A DNA stretch of 64,000 nt. Origin: a virus. The notes under the pieces are model-generated. The model saw nothing but the letters and a program-made list of their open reading frames with translations. It ran no database searches and was not told the DNA's origin. The stretch is taken from IMG/VR virus record IMGVR_UViG_3300028588_000016, positions 1 to 64,000 of that record. One strand, written 5' to 3'. This document shows positions 8,977-19,134 of the stretch, piece after piece. Position 1 is the stretch's first letter. Each line of letters starts with the position of its first letter. Made by a program: the position numbers and the translations under genes.

Positions 8977-9445
8977 ACTACAAGTAGCAATTAATTACTT
9001 ACTTTCAGTAATGAAAGAGGAGGATTTAGACGAATTAACTATTAATGAAGATGGAGAACTAAGTTCAGTAACGTATATGGACGGTGCTATTAAAGAGTAC
9101 GACTATACTTCTGATAATCCAATTCAAGAAATAATGAACGTTATTGAACATAACGCTGATTATTGTGTTGATTGTATGACTGACGCTAATGCTGATAATG
9201 CTTATTATTTGTATTTGATGCAGGCATATACTCATTTTCTGGTTGCTAATTACGCTACAGAAGTCCCGATTTCAAGAGCTATTGCTCGTTTCTTGTTGCA
9301 ACATAATGTTCTACAAGAGCGTACTTTAGAGTTAGGTTATTATGTTTCTGCATATTATGAAGTTATAACTAAACATAATTTCAATTTATATCAGAATGAA
9401 TACTTTGTATTAAAAAGTAAATATGGAAGACCAGAACCCGAATAA
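8966..9445 (+). CDS. hypothetical protein
   Basis: ORF track entry; tiles with neighbours. Confidence 0.65.
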   Translation: MSRKLQVAINYLLSVMKEEDLDELTINEDGELSSVTYMDGAIKEYDYTSDNPIQEIMNVIEHNADYCVDCMTDANADNAYYLYLMQAYTHFLVANYATEVPISRAIARFLLQHNVLQERTLELGYYVSAYYEVITKHNFNLYQNEYFVLKSKYGRPEPE

Positions 9446-9680
9446 CAAGTTCGAAAGGACTGAACCTCTTCTATTACTATTTGCTGAAACAGAGTTAGTA
9501 ACATACGTTTGTTTTGAGTGTGGTCAGACAGAAGAGAGAAATTGTCTAAATGACAAAAAGTTCAAAACCTTTGTGAAGCAGAAAGCTCCACAAGGTAAAT
9601 GCGATAACTGTAAAAGCACGAACAATTTATTTAGAAACCCACATGGCGTTCAATTTTGGATCAATTACAAGGACTCTTGA
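9423..9680 (+). CDS. zinc-ribbon-like protein
   Basis: Two CxxC pairs, CFEC and CDNC. Confidence 0.6.
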   Translation: MEDQNPNNKFERTEPLLLLFAETELVTYVCFECGQTEERNCLNDKKFKTFVKQKAPQGKCDNCKSTNNLFRNPHGVQFWINYKDS

Positions 9681-10071
9681 GTTCCGCGCTGAAGATGTAG
9701 ACTTCTTTAAGAAGTGGTATGTAATACTACCAGACTACATCGAACAAGGCGGAAAGAAAGAAGACTTACTTATGGTAGCAGGAGCTGACTGCCTTTTAGA
9801 CATATTAAGTGATAATGGAGAAAGAGTAACACTTATTGCAAGTAATACTCCTTTTGAAAACTGTCAACAAATAGCTAAGTTAACTATAGAAGAACTAGCT
9901 ATATTGAAAGACAAAGAAAAGGAGATTTACGATAGTGGTGCTTATTACTACATGGACACAGTTGATGGCGTTCTAATAGATGATCATTTATGGTTATGTG
10001 ATGTATTGGCATTCGTTTTCAAAGACGAATTTCCAGAAATCATATACTACAAAATGATCAGCAGCTCATAA
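9643..10071 (+). CDS. conserved phage hypothetical protein
   Basis: WYVILPDY..G.KEDLLMVAGAD.LLD motif. Confidence 0.7.
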   Translation: MAFNFGSITRTLEFRAEDVDFFKKWYVILPDYIEQGGKKEDLLMVAGADCLLDILSDNGERVTLIASNTPFENCQQIAKLTIEELAILKDKEKEIYDSGAYYYMDTVDGVLIDDHLWLCDVLAFVFKDEFPEIIYYKMISSS

Positions 10072-10092
10072 TCAATTTAACAGATTTTCTTA

Positions 10093-10881
10093 ATGACTAA
10101 ATTACCCTTACTAAAACCGCTAGCTTTCTTCGATTTGGAGACTACTAGTGCAGACATCATCACTGCTAGAATAGTGCAGATTGCAATTATACGTCTTGAC
10201 GTAGAAGGAGGAGAGAGTAGACTAACGTTTATAATCAACCCAGGTGTACCTATTCCTGCTGAATCATCTGCTGTCCATGGACTGTATGACGATGATGTAA
10301 AAGATAAACCATCGTTTGATGAAGTTGCGACTGAAATATATGAATTTATAAAAGATTCAGATATTGGAGGTTTCAATTCAAACAGATTTGATGTGCCTAT
10401 CTTAGCTAAACAGTTCAATGAACAAGAATTGCTATGGCCTTTACCACACGTCGAATTCATAGACGCTTATAAAATCTACATCAAAGATCAAACTCGTCAA
10501 CTAAAAGATGCTTACAAGCATTATACAGGAGAAGAGTTAGTTAATGCTCACGACGCTATGGCTGACGTGAGTGCAACTGTTGATGTTTTTATTGCTCAGT
10601 GGTTTGGTGTAGAAGCTGTTACTGGTAAGACTATTCCAGAGGTTGCGTTGTATTGTAACGACGGAAAACCTAAGGGTATAGACTTAGAAAACAAGTTTTC
10701 TTACGACAATGAAGGTAACATACGCTTTGGCTTCGGTCAATATAAGGGTGAGTTCTTTGATCGCGAAGATCCTCTACATATGAAATATATGGATTGGGTT
10801 AAAGGTACAACTAGTACTTTTAGCGATCACGTTAAGAAAATCGCGCAAGCAATCGTGGATGGTGAATACAACCGCAAGTAA
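10093..10881 (+). CDS. DEDDh 3'-5' exonuclease (DnaQ-like)
   Basis: FDLETT (Exo I), GFNSNRFD (Exo II), HDAMADV (Exo III); C-terminal FGQYKG. Confidence 0.9.
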   Translation: MTKLPLLKPLAFFDLETTSADIITARIVQIAIIRLDVEGGESRLTFIINPGVPIPAESSAVHGLYDDDVKDKPSFDEVATEIYEFIKDSDIGGFNSNRFDVPILAKQFNEQELLWPLPHVEFIDAYKIYIKDQTRQLKDAYKHYTGEELVNAHDAMADVSATVDVFIAQWFGVEAVTGKTIPEVALYCNDGKPKGIDLENKFSYDNEGNIRFGFGQYKGEFFDREDPLHMKYMDWVKGTTSTFSDHVKKIAQAIVDGEYNRK

Positions 10882-11107
10882 TGATGTAGACGGCCCTTTC
10901 CTTAGAGGATTGGGCTTTACAGAAAACGAAAAGGGTCGTTATCAAACTAAACTTGGTAACGATCTTTTAGAGTTAGAAATAGTTGGAGAACCACAAGTAC
11001 TAGGAGTTAATGTAGAGATACGTCTAAACAATGAGTTTGTGGAAACAGGCTATTGGGATTCTCAATTAGATTTTATTACTACCTTGCGGCAACGAGGTAT
11101 TAGATAA
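10859..11107 (+). CDS. hypothetical protein
   Basis: ORF track entry; tiles with neighbours. Confidence 0.6.
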   Translation: MVNTTASNDVDGPFLRGLGFTENEKGRYQTKLGNDLLELEIVGEPQVLGVNVEIRLNNEFVETGYWDSQLDFITTLRQRGIR

Positions 11108-11128
11108 ATCTACTAGAGGAACTTGATA

Positions 11129-11168
11129 AGATCCAAGTTTTATTTCTGCTAAATTATCCGTATCTTTG
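11129..11168 (+). promoter_or_regulatory. putative promoter: AGATCY motif plus Bacteroidota -7 element
   Basis: AGATCCAAGTTTTAT at 11129 and CGTATCTTTG at 11159-11168, intergenic. Confidence 0.6.
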
Positions 11169-11230
11169 AAGATTGCAAGATCTCCAAAGGCTGATAGAGA
11201 GTTCACGAGTAAGAACTCATAAATTTAACA

Positions 11231-11581
11231 ATGAATTTCGAAGGACAAGAGAATAAATGCATTAGAGTATCGGTTCACACGGTTATACCAGGTGACTATG
11301 CTGTAGTAGTCTGTAAAGACTTAGACAGCCCCGAAGACTCACCGAGATATGTTTGGACAACCGTATGCCCTAACTGGTCAGTTAATCTACCAGAAGTAGG
11401 TCAAGACGGATTTCTATCGTATTCTTCAGTGCGTGCAGGAAAAGATAAGTGGTATTGCCCTACTCAGAAACAAGAGTTCGAGTATCGCTATTCTGCTAAT
11501 TATTTCCTAAATTTTGCTCCTATTACTCACGTTGTGCTCGGCGGTCGCGTCGTATCTCAACAAGAATTAATCGTTACATAA
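11231..11581 (+). CDS. conserved crAss-like replication-region protein
   Basis: TVCPNW..LPEVGQDGFLSY..VRAGKDKWY resembles the small protein found before crAss PolB. Confidence 0.7.
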   Translation: MNFEGQENKCIRVSVHTVIPGDYAVVVCKDLDSPEDSPRYVWTTVCPNWSVNLPEVGQDGFLSYSSVRAGKDKWYCPTQKQEFEYRYSANYFLNFAPITHVVLGGRVVSQQELIVT

Positions 11582-11713
11582 TTAATTATACAGACTTCGT
11601 AAAAGGTCTTATTTATTAACAATACGAATAATGAAAATTTAACAATTACTACCAGTACCCTAAAGTACATCTACTAGAGAAGAACACTCATTATTCCATA
11701 CTAATTTACAGTA

Positions 11714-12064
11714 ATGGGAAGGATGACTGCACACCACATCATGAGAGCCGATGTGGGAAGTTTACTATTTATACCAGATCCTAAAGGCAGTAAAAAGAGG
11801 CCGCATATATGTATAAAGGTATTTACTAATCTAGCTGGCGTACCATACGATTGGCTGGTTATTCCAATTACCTCGACAGTAACAGTAGGAATGGATAACC
11901 TAATGGAAGTAGAACATCCAAAATTAAGTCTTAAATCGTATGCGAAAATCAATAACATCACATGTGTTAAAGCAAGTGATAAAATAGAAGTAGCTAAAAT
12001 GTCTTTTAGTAAAGATTGTGTGAAATCAATTGCTGTTCGAATTAAAGAACTAATTTTAACATAA
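11714..12064 (+). CDS. MazF/PemK-like endoribonuclease (orphan)
   Basis: GSLLFIPDPKGSKKRPHICI..DWLVIPITST matches the PemK G.V..V.FP..K.RP.LV..V.PITS pattern. Confidence 0.7.
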   Translation: MGRMTAHHIMRADVGSLLFIPDPKGSKKRPHICIKVFTNLAGVPYDWLVIPITSTVTVGMDNLMEVEHPKLSLKSYAKINNITCVKASDKIEVAKMSFSKDCVKSIAVRIKELILT

Positions 12065-12069
12065 TACAA

Positions 12070-12933
12070 TTGAATAAGATGACAAGTGAATTCGGAGAAA
12101 AGTTGATAGCTGCATATGAAGAGCACAAAACGAACATTAATAACTTTGTTTGGAAAGGTCCAAAAATAAAGAACGCTAATGATGTCTTCGAACAAGAAGA
12201 ATTCAGGTTAGTCGATGCGTCGGATGCACAACTTGACAAGTGCTATAAGCACTGTAAGACAATGTTGTTTAACGATGATTATAAGCATCCGGGAAGAGTG
12301 AACTTACTAAAACTAATCCACGATCAACGTAACCGTTGTGGAGTAGAGTTATTTTTACGTGATTCTGAAAAGAAAGGATCACACCGTTTTACAATCGTTG
12401 AAGCTTTACGCTCAGCGATCTCAAATAGAAATCTATCGACTATTGAAGCCGATGCACTTACCGTAGGTGATTTGGTAACAGCTAGCTCAGACTTTAACAG
12501 TCTTCCAGCTAAATTGGTTATCGAAGGTGGGTTAGATAAATTAGGTCGTTTCGATAGAACTCACATCACGTTGACTTTTATTTTGGAACAAGGTCTATGG
12601 TTTACTAAAGAAGAGAATGTTACATTTAAGGATCTCTTTAAACCAGGCTTCACCAAGTTAGACAAACTGAAAGCAATCAAGGAAAAGTTAAACTTACCTA
12701 AAGATTGTAAACTTTGGTTTAATCCTCAAGGCTTAAGCTTTTCGCAGTTAAAGTCTATCTTGTCTCTAAGAAGCAAGAAATATAGTGAGTTAAGTTTAGA
12801 ACAACTTAACACACTTCGCAATAGCCTATTGTTCGCTCTTGAAGACAAAGTGAATCTTCACATTGCTCAATGGAACGACAGAATCGGGCAAATCGAAACA
12901 GTAGCCGCAGCAAGGGGTTACTCGTTAAAATAA
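12070..12933 (+). CDS. conserved crAss-like protein upstream of PolB
   Basis: FVWKG, HCKTML.N..HPGR motifs; 287-aa ORF. Confidence 0.75.
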   Translation: MNKMTSEFGEKLIAAYEEHKTNINNFVWKGPKIKNANDVFEQEEFRLVDASDAQLDKCYKHCKTMLFNDDYKHPGRVNLLKLIHDQRNRCGVELFLRDSEKKGSHRFTIVEALRSAISNRNLSTIEADALTVGDLVTASSDFNSLPAKLVIEGGLDKLGRFDRTHITLTFILEQGLWFTKEENVTFKDLFKPGFTKLDKLKAIKEKLNLPKDCKLWFNPQGLSFSQLKSILSLRSKKYSELSLEQLNTLRNSLLFALEDKVNLHIAQWNDRIGQIETVAAARGYSLK

Positions 12934-12939
12934 AAATAA

Positions 12940-14997
12940 TTGAAAAAGCTAGCTGTATTTGATTTGGAGGTTACTCCTAACGTGTTTCTGTGTTGTCTGA
13001 AACCTGTTGGGGAACCAATCCAAACGTTTGAAATTTCTCCTCGGAGGAATGACATAGGTAAGCTAGTTGATTGTTTTGAAAGCGGTAGGTATGTATTTGT
13101 TGGTTATAACTGTTCGGGGTATGATACTCCTATTATGAACATGCTTATAATGAACAAGTTCAAATTCCTTTACGCTGATTATTTGCAGTGTGCAAGTGCT
13201 GCATTTGAACTATCGACTGCTATAATATCTAAAGGAGATGATAGTAAGTTATCGTTCAAACAATATCTGTATGCAAATCTATTTAAACAGATAGATTTGA
13301 TGACTCTTATGGCCTCACAGGCTTTGAGAGTAGGATTAAAGTCACTTCAAGTGACAATGTGTATGCCAAATGTTAAGGAAATGATTATTGATTGGACTAA
13401 ATTCTTACGCAAGGATCAAGTTGATGATTTAATATTCTACTGTCACAATGATGTTAACAGTACTTCGGAATTGTTAACATTATTAAAGACAGATTTAGCA
13501 CTACGTATTGCTGTGAAGCAAGAATTTGGTATAGAGTGCCTCAGTAAAGATGGCGTTGGTGTAGGGGTTGATGTATTCACGAAATATGTTTGTGAGGAGT
13601 TGAGATGTGGTCCTCGTGACCTCTACAGCAAGGTCGATGTTGATGATGTGATTGCGGTTGGTGATCTTATTCTTCCCGATATTAAATTCAAGACGACTAA
13701 GTTTAACGACTTATTAACTTGGTTTAAGAGCAGGGTTGTTAATCTTCCTGAATGGGAGAAAATGACCAAAGAAGAGAAGAAGAAGGATAACAGATATCGC
13801 AAAACAGTTGTATTCAATAACTTAGCTCATGCTTACGGTCTTGGTGGCTTACACTCTGTAAATAAACCAATGATTTATGAGGAAGACGATGAGTATTACT
13901 ATTCTGATCAAGATGTGGAGTCTTATTATCCGTCATTAACTATTAAGAAAGGATTCGGACCGAGAGGATTCAGAAGAGCTTTCCAAAAGGTTATGACTCG
14001 TATAAAAGCTGAGCGTGTAGAAGCTAAAAATGCAGGTAATAAAGTAAAGGATGTGGCTTTTAAGTTATCTATGAACTCGATTCTTGGTAACTTAAAGAAC
14101 AAATATTCTGCATTTTATGATCCAGCAGCTAACATGGCTATTGCTATCAATGGACAATTGTATTTAACTATACTGATTGAAGAATGCGAACTAAACGGAA
14201 TAGAATGTATCAGTTCTAATACGGATGGTGCGACATTTAAAGTACCTAAGAGAAGTAAAGATTTATTCGATAACATCTGTAAAGAATGGTGTCAGAAAAC
14301 AGAATTTAAATTAGAAGAAGCTCTCTATGAGAAAATTGTAATTTTAGCTGTTAATGACTACATTGCTTTTAAAAAGGGATATAGCGAGATTAAGGATCAA
14401 GTAGACTTCTACGTTCCTGAAAAAGCTATTAGCTTTAACTTTGTAGATTTAAAACTGCAAGGTGATAAAATGAATGAACTTCGTAATAGTTATGTAAAAG
14501 AAAAAGGTGACTTTATAACTAGTCCACGTCTCGGCAAAGGCATGGATTCGTTGATTGTTCCGAAAGCTTTACAGAACTTTTATGGCAAAGGTATTCCTAT
14601 TGAAGAAACTATCCGTGACTTTAGATCCATTCATGATTATATGAAAATGGAGAAAGTGGGTAAGCAATTCAATGTTGAATATGGAGGAGAACCGCAACAA
14701 CACATTAACAGGTTCTATGTAAGTAAAAGTAAACCTTATCTGATGAAGTGGAAACTGAAAGAGAAAACGGAAAGAGTCGGAAAAGGTAAGTCTGCATTTA
14801 CTAGAATATTACGTGACAAGGATACAGGTGAACCGTTAATGGAGAAATCCTATACGAATTTACTATCCGGTTATGGGGTACAGTTAGCGAACGATCTAAC
14901 ACAAGAAAACGAATACGAGATAAATTATCAGTATTACATATCTGCGACACAGGCTTTAATTGATAAATTAGATCCACCGCAGTTAACATTATTTTAA
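12940..14997 (+). CDS. polB: family B DNA polymerase
   Basis: Exo DLEV, GYN..YD, YCHND; pol DVESYYPS, K..NS..G, NTDG. Confidence 0.93.
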   Translation: MKKLAVFDLEVTPNVFLCCLKPVGEPIQTFEISPRRNDIGKLVDCFESGRYVFVGYNCSGYDTPIMNMLIMNKFKFLYADYLQCASAAFELSTAIISKGDDSKLSFKQYLYANLFKQIDLMTLMASQALRVGLKSLQVTMCMPNVKEMIIDWTKFLRKDQVDDLIFYCHNDVNSTSELLTLLKTDLALRIAVKQEFGIECLSKDGVGVGVDVFTKYVCEELRCGPRDLYSKVDVDDVIAVGDLILPDIKFKTTKFNDLLTWFKSRVVNLPEWEKMTKEEKKKDNRYRKTVVFNNLAHAYGLGGLHSVNKPMIYEEDDEYYYSDQDVESYYPSLTIKKGFGPRGFRRAFQKVMTRIKAERVEAKNAGNKVKDVAFKLSMNSILGNLKNKYSAFYDPAANMAIAINGQLYLTILIEECELNGIECISSNTDGATFKVPKRSKDLFDNICKEWCQKTEFKLEEALYEKIVILAVNDYIAFKKGYSEIKDQVDFYVPEKAISFNFVDLKLQGDKMNELRNSYVKEKGDFITSPRLGKGMDSLIVPKALQNFYGKGIPIEETIRDFRSIHDYMKMEKVGKQFNVEYGGEPQQHINRFYVSKSKPYLMKWKLKEKTERVGKGKSAFTRILRDKDTGEPLMEKSYTNLLSGYGVQLANDLTQENEYEINYQYYISATQALIDKLDPPQLTLF

Positions 14998-15338
14998 TGT
15001 CAGAAACGACAAAACAAATTTGGTTCATAGAGTACGATTGTGGTGCTCAAACAGACAATTACGACCTCGTTGAGGCTAACTCAGAAGAGGAAGCTTCTCG
15101 TTACGCATACGATTTAGCTTGCGATTTATATGAGAGTTACGCAGGTGTACACGGTATAGCCTCATATGAAGAAATTTGTGAAGAGCACGGCGTAGAACCA
15201 GACAGTCCTGAAGCTGAAGAATTATATAACGAAGAGAAAGAAAACAATCTTGGTTACTCAGCTGTACTGTATGATCCAGAAGAACACAATGGTTATCTTT
15301 ACGAAGGTAACGAGTTTATGATCCCTTTAGAAGATTAA
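14997..15338 (+). CDS. highly acidic small protein
   Basis: About 31 D/E versus 3 K/R in 113 aa. Confidence 0.7.
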   Translation: MSETTKQIWFIEYDCGAQTDNYDLVEANSEEEASRYAYDLACDLYESYAGVHGIASYEEICEEHGVEPDSPEAEELYNEEKENNLGYSAVLYDPEEHNGYLYEGNEFMIPLED

Positions 15339-15386
15339 CAACGTAGTCCTTTCAGTTAGTCGCTTAAAACACACGACTACGAATTA

Positions 15387-16604
15387 ATGACTAGGGATCA
15401 AAGACAAGAACTATGTATAAGTAAATGGAAACAAGCAGGAGGACGAGGTATTCTTGAGTTATGTACTGGGTTTGGAAAGACTCGGTGTTCACTTAAGATA
15501 ATCCGTCGTCTTGTTAACAAGAAACAAGATGCTAAGATTATAATCATAGTACCTACTGAATACTTAAAGAGTCAATGGTTGTTACAATTAGCTGATTGGA
15601 ACTTAATGTTCAACTGTGAAATACTAATCATTAATTCAGCTGTCGGCAAGCAGAAGGATTGTGACTTATTAATAGTTGACGAGGTTCATGAAGCAATGAA
15701 TGATAATCGTATAACAATCTTTAAGGATTATAAGTATAAACTATGCTTGGGATTAACAGCGACTATAGAACGTATAGACAGTAAGCATCATAACTTAATT
15801 AAGTACATGCCTATTGTAGATACAATCACGTATGAAGAAGCTTTACGTAACGATTGGGTTGCTAAAGTTAATGAGTATAAGGTTCTATTAACTGTAGATT
15901 TAGAGGAATATCACGAAGCACACAAGGATTTCTTACATCATTTTGCTTTCTTTAACTACGATTTCGATATGGCTATGGCTACTGTCGGAAATGCGAATGC
16001 TCAATACGAAGTATCGAGAATACTGCAATGTAGTCCTAAGGAAGTAATGATACACGCAATGCAATTTATTAAAGCATTGACAGCTAGAAAGACTTTTGTA
16101 CTTAATCACTTTAAGAAGGTTGAAGTAGCCAGATTGATTTTGGAGCATCGGCGTGACAAGAAGGTAATTACCTTTAGTCAGACGAAGAAGATGGCCGAGT
16201 CAATAGGTGAGGGTTTACTAATGCACTCTGGGCAAACGAAGAAAGTACGTGATCAAATCATGGCTCAATTCAATGCTATGGAGATGGGTGTACTAAACTC
16301 AGCTAAACAATTAGAAAGAGGTGCTGATATTTTCAATCTTAGTGTGGCTATCAACCTAGCTTTTAACAGTGCAAAGAATTCTAAGAAGCAAAAGAGCGGA
16401 CGTGTGGGCAGGAAAGAAGGCGATAAGGAGTCTGAATTTTTTACTTTGGTGATCAAGGGTACAATGGAAGAAGCTTGGTATGATAAGTCAATGAAAGGAA
16501 GTACATTTATTACTATTGATGAGAATCAATTGGTAGCCTTATTAAAAGGCGAAGAATACAAAGTACAAAAACACAAAGAAAAACAATATCTTTTTACAAT
16601 TTAA
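15387..16604 (+). CDS. SF2 helicase
   Basis: GFGKT, DEVH, TAT, QKSGRVGR. Confidence 0.9.
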   Translation: MTRDQRQELCISKWKQAGGRGILELCTGFGKTRCSLKIIRRLVNKKQDAKIIIIVPTEYLKSQWLLQLADWNLMFNCEILIINSAVGKQKDCDLLIVDEVHEAMNDNRITIFKDYKYKLCLGLTATIERIDSKHHNLIKYMPIVDTITYEEALRNDWVAKVNEYKVLLTVDLEEYHEAHKDFLHHFAFFNYDFDMAMATVGNANAQYEVSRILQCSPKEVMIHAMQFIKALTARKTFVLNHFKKVEVARLILEHRRDKKVITFSQTKKMAESIGEGLLMHSGQTKKVRDQIMAQFNAMEMGVLNSAKQLERGADIFNLSVAINLAFNSAKNSKKQKSGRVGRKEGDKESEFFTLVIKGTMEEAWYDKSMKGSTFITIDENQLVALLKGEEYKVQKHKEKQYLFTI

Positions 16605-16606
16605 GA

Positions 16607-17233
16607 GTGAAGTTAGAAATATCATTAGACAAGGAGCTGGAAGTAATGAAAGCTTATCAACTTAGCGGCGATGAATTTATATTCTTACGAGTATTATTCA
16701 TCGCGGTTGAGGAAGATAAGTTGGATTATCTTAAGATGTATTTATTAGAATGCGCTAAAGGACAATCTGTAAGATCATTGCTTACATCGTTAAAAAGTAA
16801 GAAGATTATTAAAAAGGAGTACAAAATACCGGAGGAGGGCGAGAAGTTTGAGGTGGATGATGTAGAGTTCGATGATAAGTTTATCGCAAAGATATTCAAG
16901 TTATCGAATATTGCAGGTGTTGAACTTATGAGAGCATATCCTGCTTACATGAGTGCAAACGGTACTCTTTTAAACCTAAGGAACATTGTTTCCAAAGGTG
17001 GGTATGTAGATGAAGATGATTTCTATTTTGCTTATGGCAAGAAAATCAAGTTTAGTCCAAAGACTCATAAAGAGGTACTAGAAGCCTTAGAGTTCGGAAA
17101 GAAAGCCGATCTCATTAAGTATAGTATCGTTGAATTTGTGGGGACAAGTAAGTGGATAGAATTGCGCGAAACGATGGATCAGGATAGATTAGGTAAGTTT
17201 GTTACTAAGATGGACACCCGAGAGATTCTGTAA
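16607..17233 (+). CDS. putative replication protein preceding DnaB
   Basis: Position in the crAss replisome block; GTG start. Confidence 0.6.
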   Translation: MKLEISLDKELEVMKAYQLSGDEFIFLRVLFIAVEEDKLDYLKMYLLECAKGQSVRSLLTSLKSKKIIKKEYKIPEEGEKFEVDDVEFDDKFIAKIFKLSNIAGVELMRAYPAYMSANGTLLNLRNIVSKGGYVDEDDFYFAYGKKIKFSPKTHKEVLEALEFGKKADLIKYSIVEFVGTSKWIELRETMDQDRLGKFVTKMDTREIL

Positions 17234-18309
17234 TGAGTAGTTTTGTTGACAGTCTATACAATAAAATTGAAAATGGAAGGTTAGGCTTAAACATTGGTAT
17301 TAGTACCGGTTTACCTAAGCTAGATGATGTGATTGGAGGAGTCCAGAAAGCAACTTACTCACTGATATTCGCAGGAACTTCGGTAGGTAAGACTAGTTGG
17401 GCTTTATATACTCACATCTATAAACCATTAAGGGAGAAGTTAGGGGATTTATCTTTTAGAATTGTTTATTATTCACTAGAAATGACAGCAGAAGTATTGC
17501 TTGCAAAACTTTTGTCTTTGTATATCTGGGAAGAATATGAAATTGATATCTCATTTAGTGAGATATTGTCTAGAAGAGAAAGACTAAGTGATGATATGTA
17601 TCATTACGTAGTTTTAGGTCGTGAATGGTTAGAAGAAGTAACTAAGCATTTAACTATTTACGATAAAAGCTTAAGTCCTGCAGGTCTTTATGCGAACTTA
17701 AAAGACTATGCTAATAAGCATGGTACGTTTAAAGAAACCGACAATACTCAAGTTTACACTCCAAATGTAGAGAATGAGACAGTAATTGTTATTCTCGATC
17801 ATATATTCTTAATGCGTGCCGCGGCAGGTCAAACACAGAAAGAAGCTGTTGATTTAACTAGTTCGTTCTTAATTGTATTTAGAAATAAATGCGGTTATTC
17901 TCCTGTTGTTTTGCAACAGTTGAATAGACAAGCTAGTGGAATTGACAGAAGAAAGCTTGAAATGACTGAGCCTCAATTACAAGATCTCAAGGGTAGTGGT
18001 AACACTGCAGAGGATTGTGATTTAGCGATGGCATTGTTTTCTCCATTTAGAGAGAAGATAAGCTCTTATCTCGATTATAAGATCGACAAATTAAGAGACG
18101 CGTTTAGGTCGGTTATTATATTAAAGAACAGATATGGTGAAGTAGATAAGGTAATACCTTTGAACTTCTTCGGTAAAGTTGGTATCTTTAAACAGATACC
18201 AAAGGCTGAAGATATTGCACCGAGTCAGTATTACTTGTATGAAAACCTCCACCCTATAGTACCAGTAAAAACCATCGAAGACACGAGTGACTTTGCTTTT
18301 ACGTTGTAG
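17233..18309 (+). CDS. dnaB: DnaB-like replicative helicase
   Basis: GTSVGKT, LDHI, LQQLNR, DLKGSG, KNRYG. Confidence 0.9.
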   Translation: MSSFVDSLYNKIENGRLGLNIGISTGLPKLDDVIGGVQKATYSLIFAGTSVGKTSWALYTHIYKPLREKLGDLSFRIVYYSLEMTAEVLLAKLLSLYIWEEYEIDISFSEILSRRERLSDDMYHYVVLGREWLEEVTKHLTIYDKSLSPAGLYANLKDYANKHGTFKETDNTQVYTPNVENETVIVILDHIFLMRAAAGQTQKEAVDLTSSFLIVFRNKCGYSPVVLQQLNRQASGIDRRKLEMTEPQLQDLKGSGNTAEDCDLAMALFSPFREKISSYLDYKIDKLRDAFRSVIILKNRYGEVDKVIPLNFFGKVGIFKQIPKAEDIAPSQYYLYENLHPIVPVKTIEDTSDFAFTL

Positions 18310-18372
18310 GTAATTGATTAGATGAGATTTAGAAATTAGATACTTTGATATGAAATTACTATTACAATATAA

Positions 18373-19134
18373 ATGGCAGAATTAATCGGTTTACTCGGTA
18401 AGCCAGGAGCTGGGAAGTCCACTTCAATGAGGAACTTAGATCCAAAATCAACGTTTATTATTAATGTTGCGCACAAACCATTACCTATTAAGGGATGGAA
18501 AAAGAAATACATTAACTTTAAGACGGATAAAGTCAACGGTAACTACTATGCAACTTCTGATGTTAAAGCGATCCATACGATCCTTAAACACGTAAGTGCG
18601 AATAGACCAGAAATCAAAGTAATCATTTTAGAAGATTCGTCTTATATCATGAGCTTTGAGATCTTTGATCGTGCATCTGAGAATAGTTACACCAAACAAG
18701 TTGAGATTGCTCAACATTATGCCGGTGTATTAAGACAGGCTCACGAATTGAGAGACGACTTAATGTTAGTTGTGATTACTCACCCTGATGAAGAGAAAGA
18801 CTCATTCGGTGACACAACAGAGCTTAAGATGAAAACTTATGCTAAAATGACCGATAAGTACATGTCTCTTGATGGTCTATTTACCTATATCTTCTTAGCT
18901 AAAACTATTGAAGAAGAGGATGGAGACGAAGACAATCCTACTTATCGTTATGTATTTCAAACAAATGATCACTCTAAGATCAGTACCGTTAAGAGTCCGG
19001 ATGGAGTCTTTGCAGAAAAGTATATTGATAACGATTTAAAGATCGTTGTCGATGCTATTAATGCATATAACTACGGTGATGATGAGGATGATGAACCAGA
19101 AATAACAAACCAAGTAGAAGAAGAGGATGAGTAA
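18373..19134 (+). CDS. AAA-family ATPase (Sak4-like recombination protein)
   Basis: GKPGAGKSTS; ITH; KSPDG.F. Confidence 0.75.
   Translation: MAELIGLLGKPGAGKSTSMRNLDPKSTFIINVAHKPLPIKGWKKKYINFKTDKVNGNYYATSDVKAIHTILKHVSANRPEIKVIILEDSSYIMSFEIFDRASENSYTKQVEIAQHYAGVLRQAHELRDDLMLVVITHPDEEKDSFGDTTELKMKTYAKMTDKYMSLDGLFTYIFLAKTIEEEDGDEDNPTYRYVFQTNDHSKISTVKSPDGVFAEKYIDNDLKIVVDAINAYNYGDDEDDEPEITNQVEEEDE

Noticed and set aside
11580-11713. Type III toxin-antitoxin RNA repeats upstream of the MazF-like gene
   Set aside because: No tandem repeat of about 35 nt or longer is visible, only a weak hairpin.
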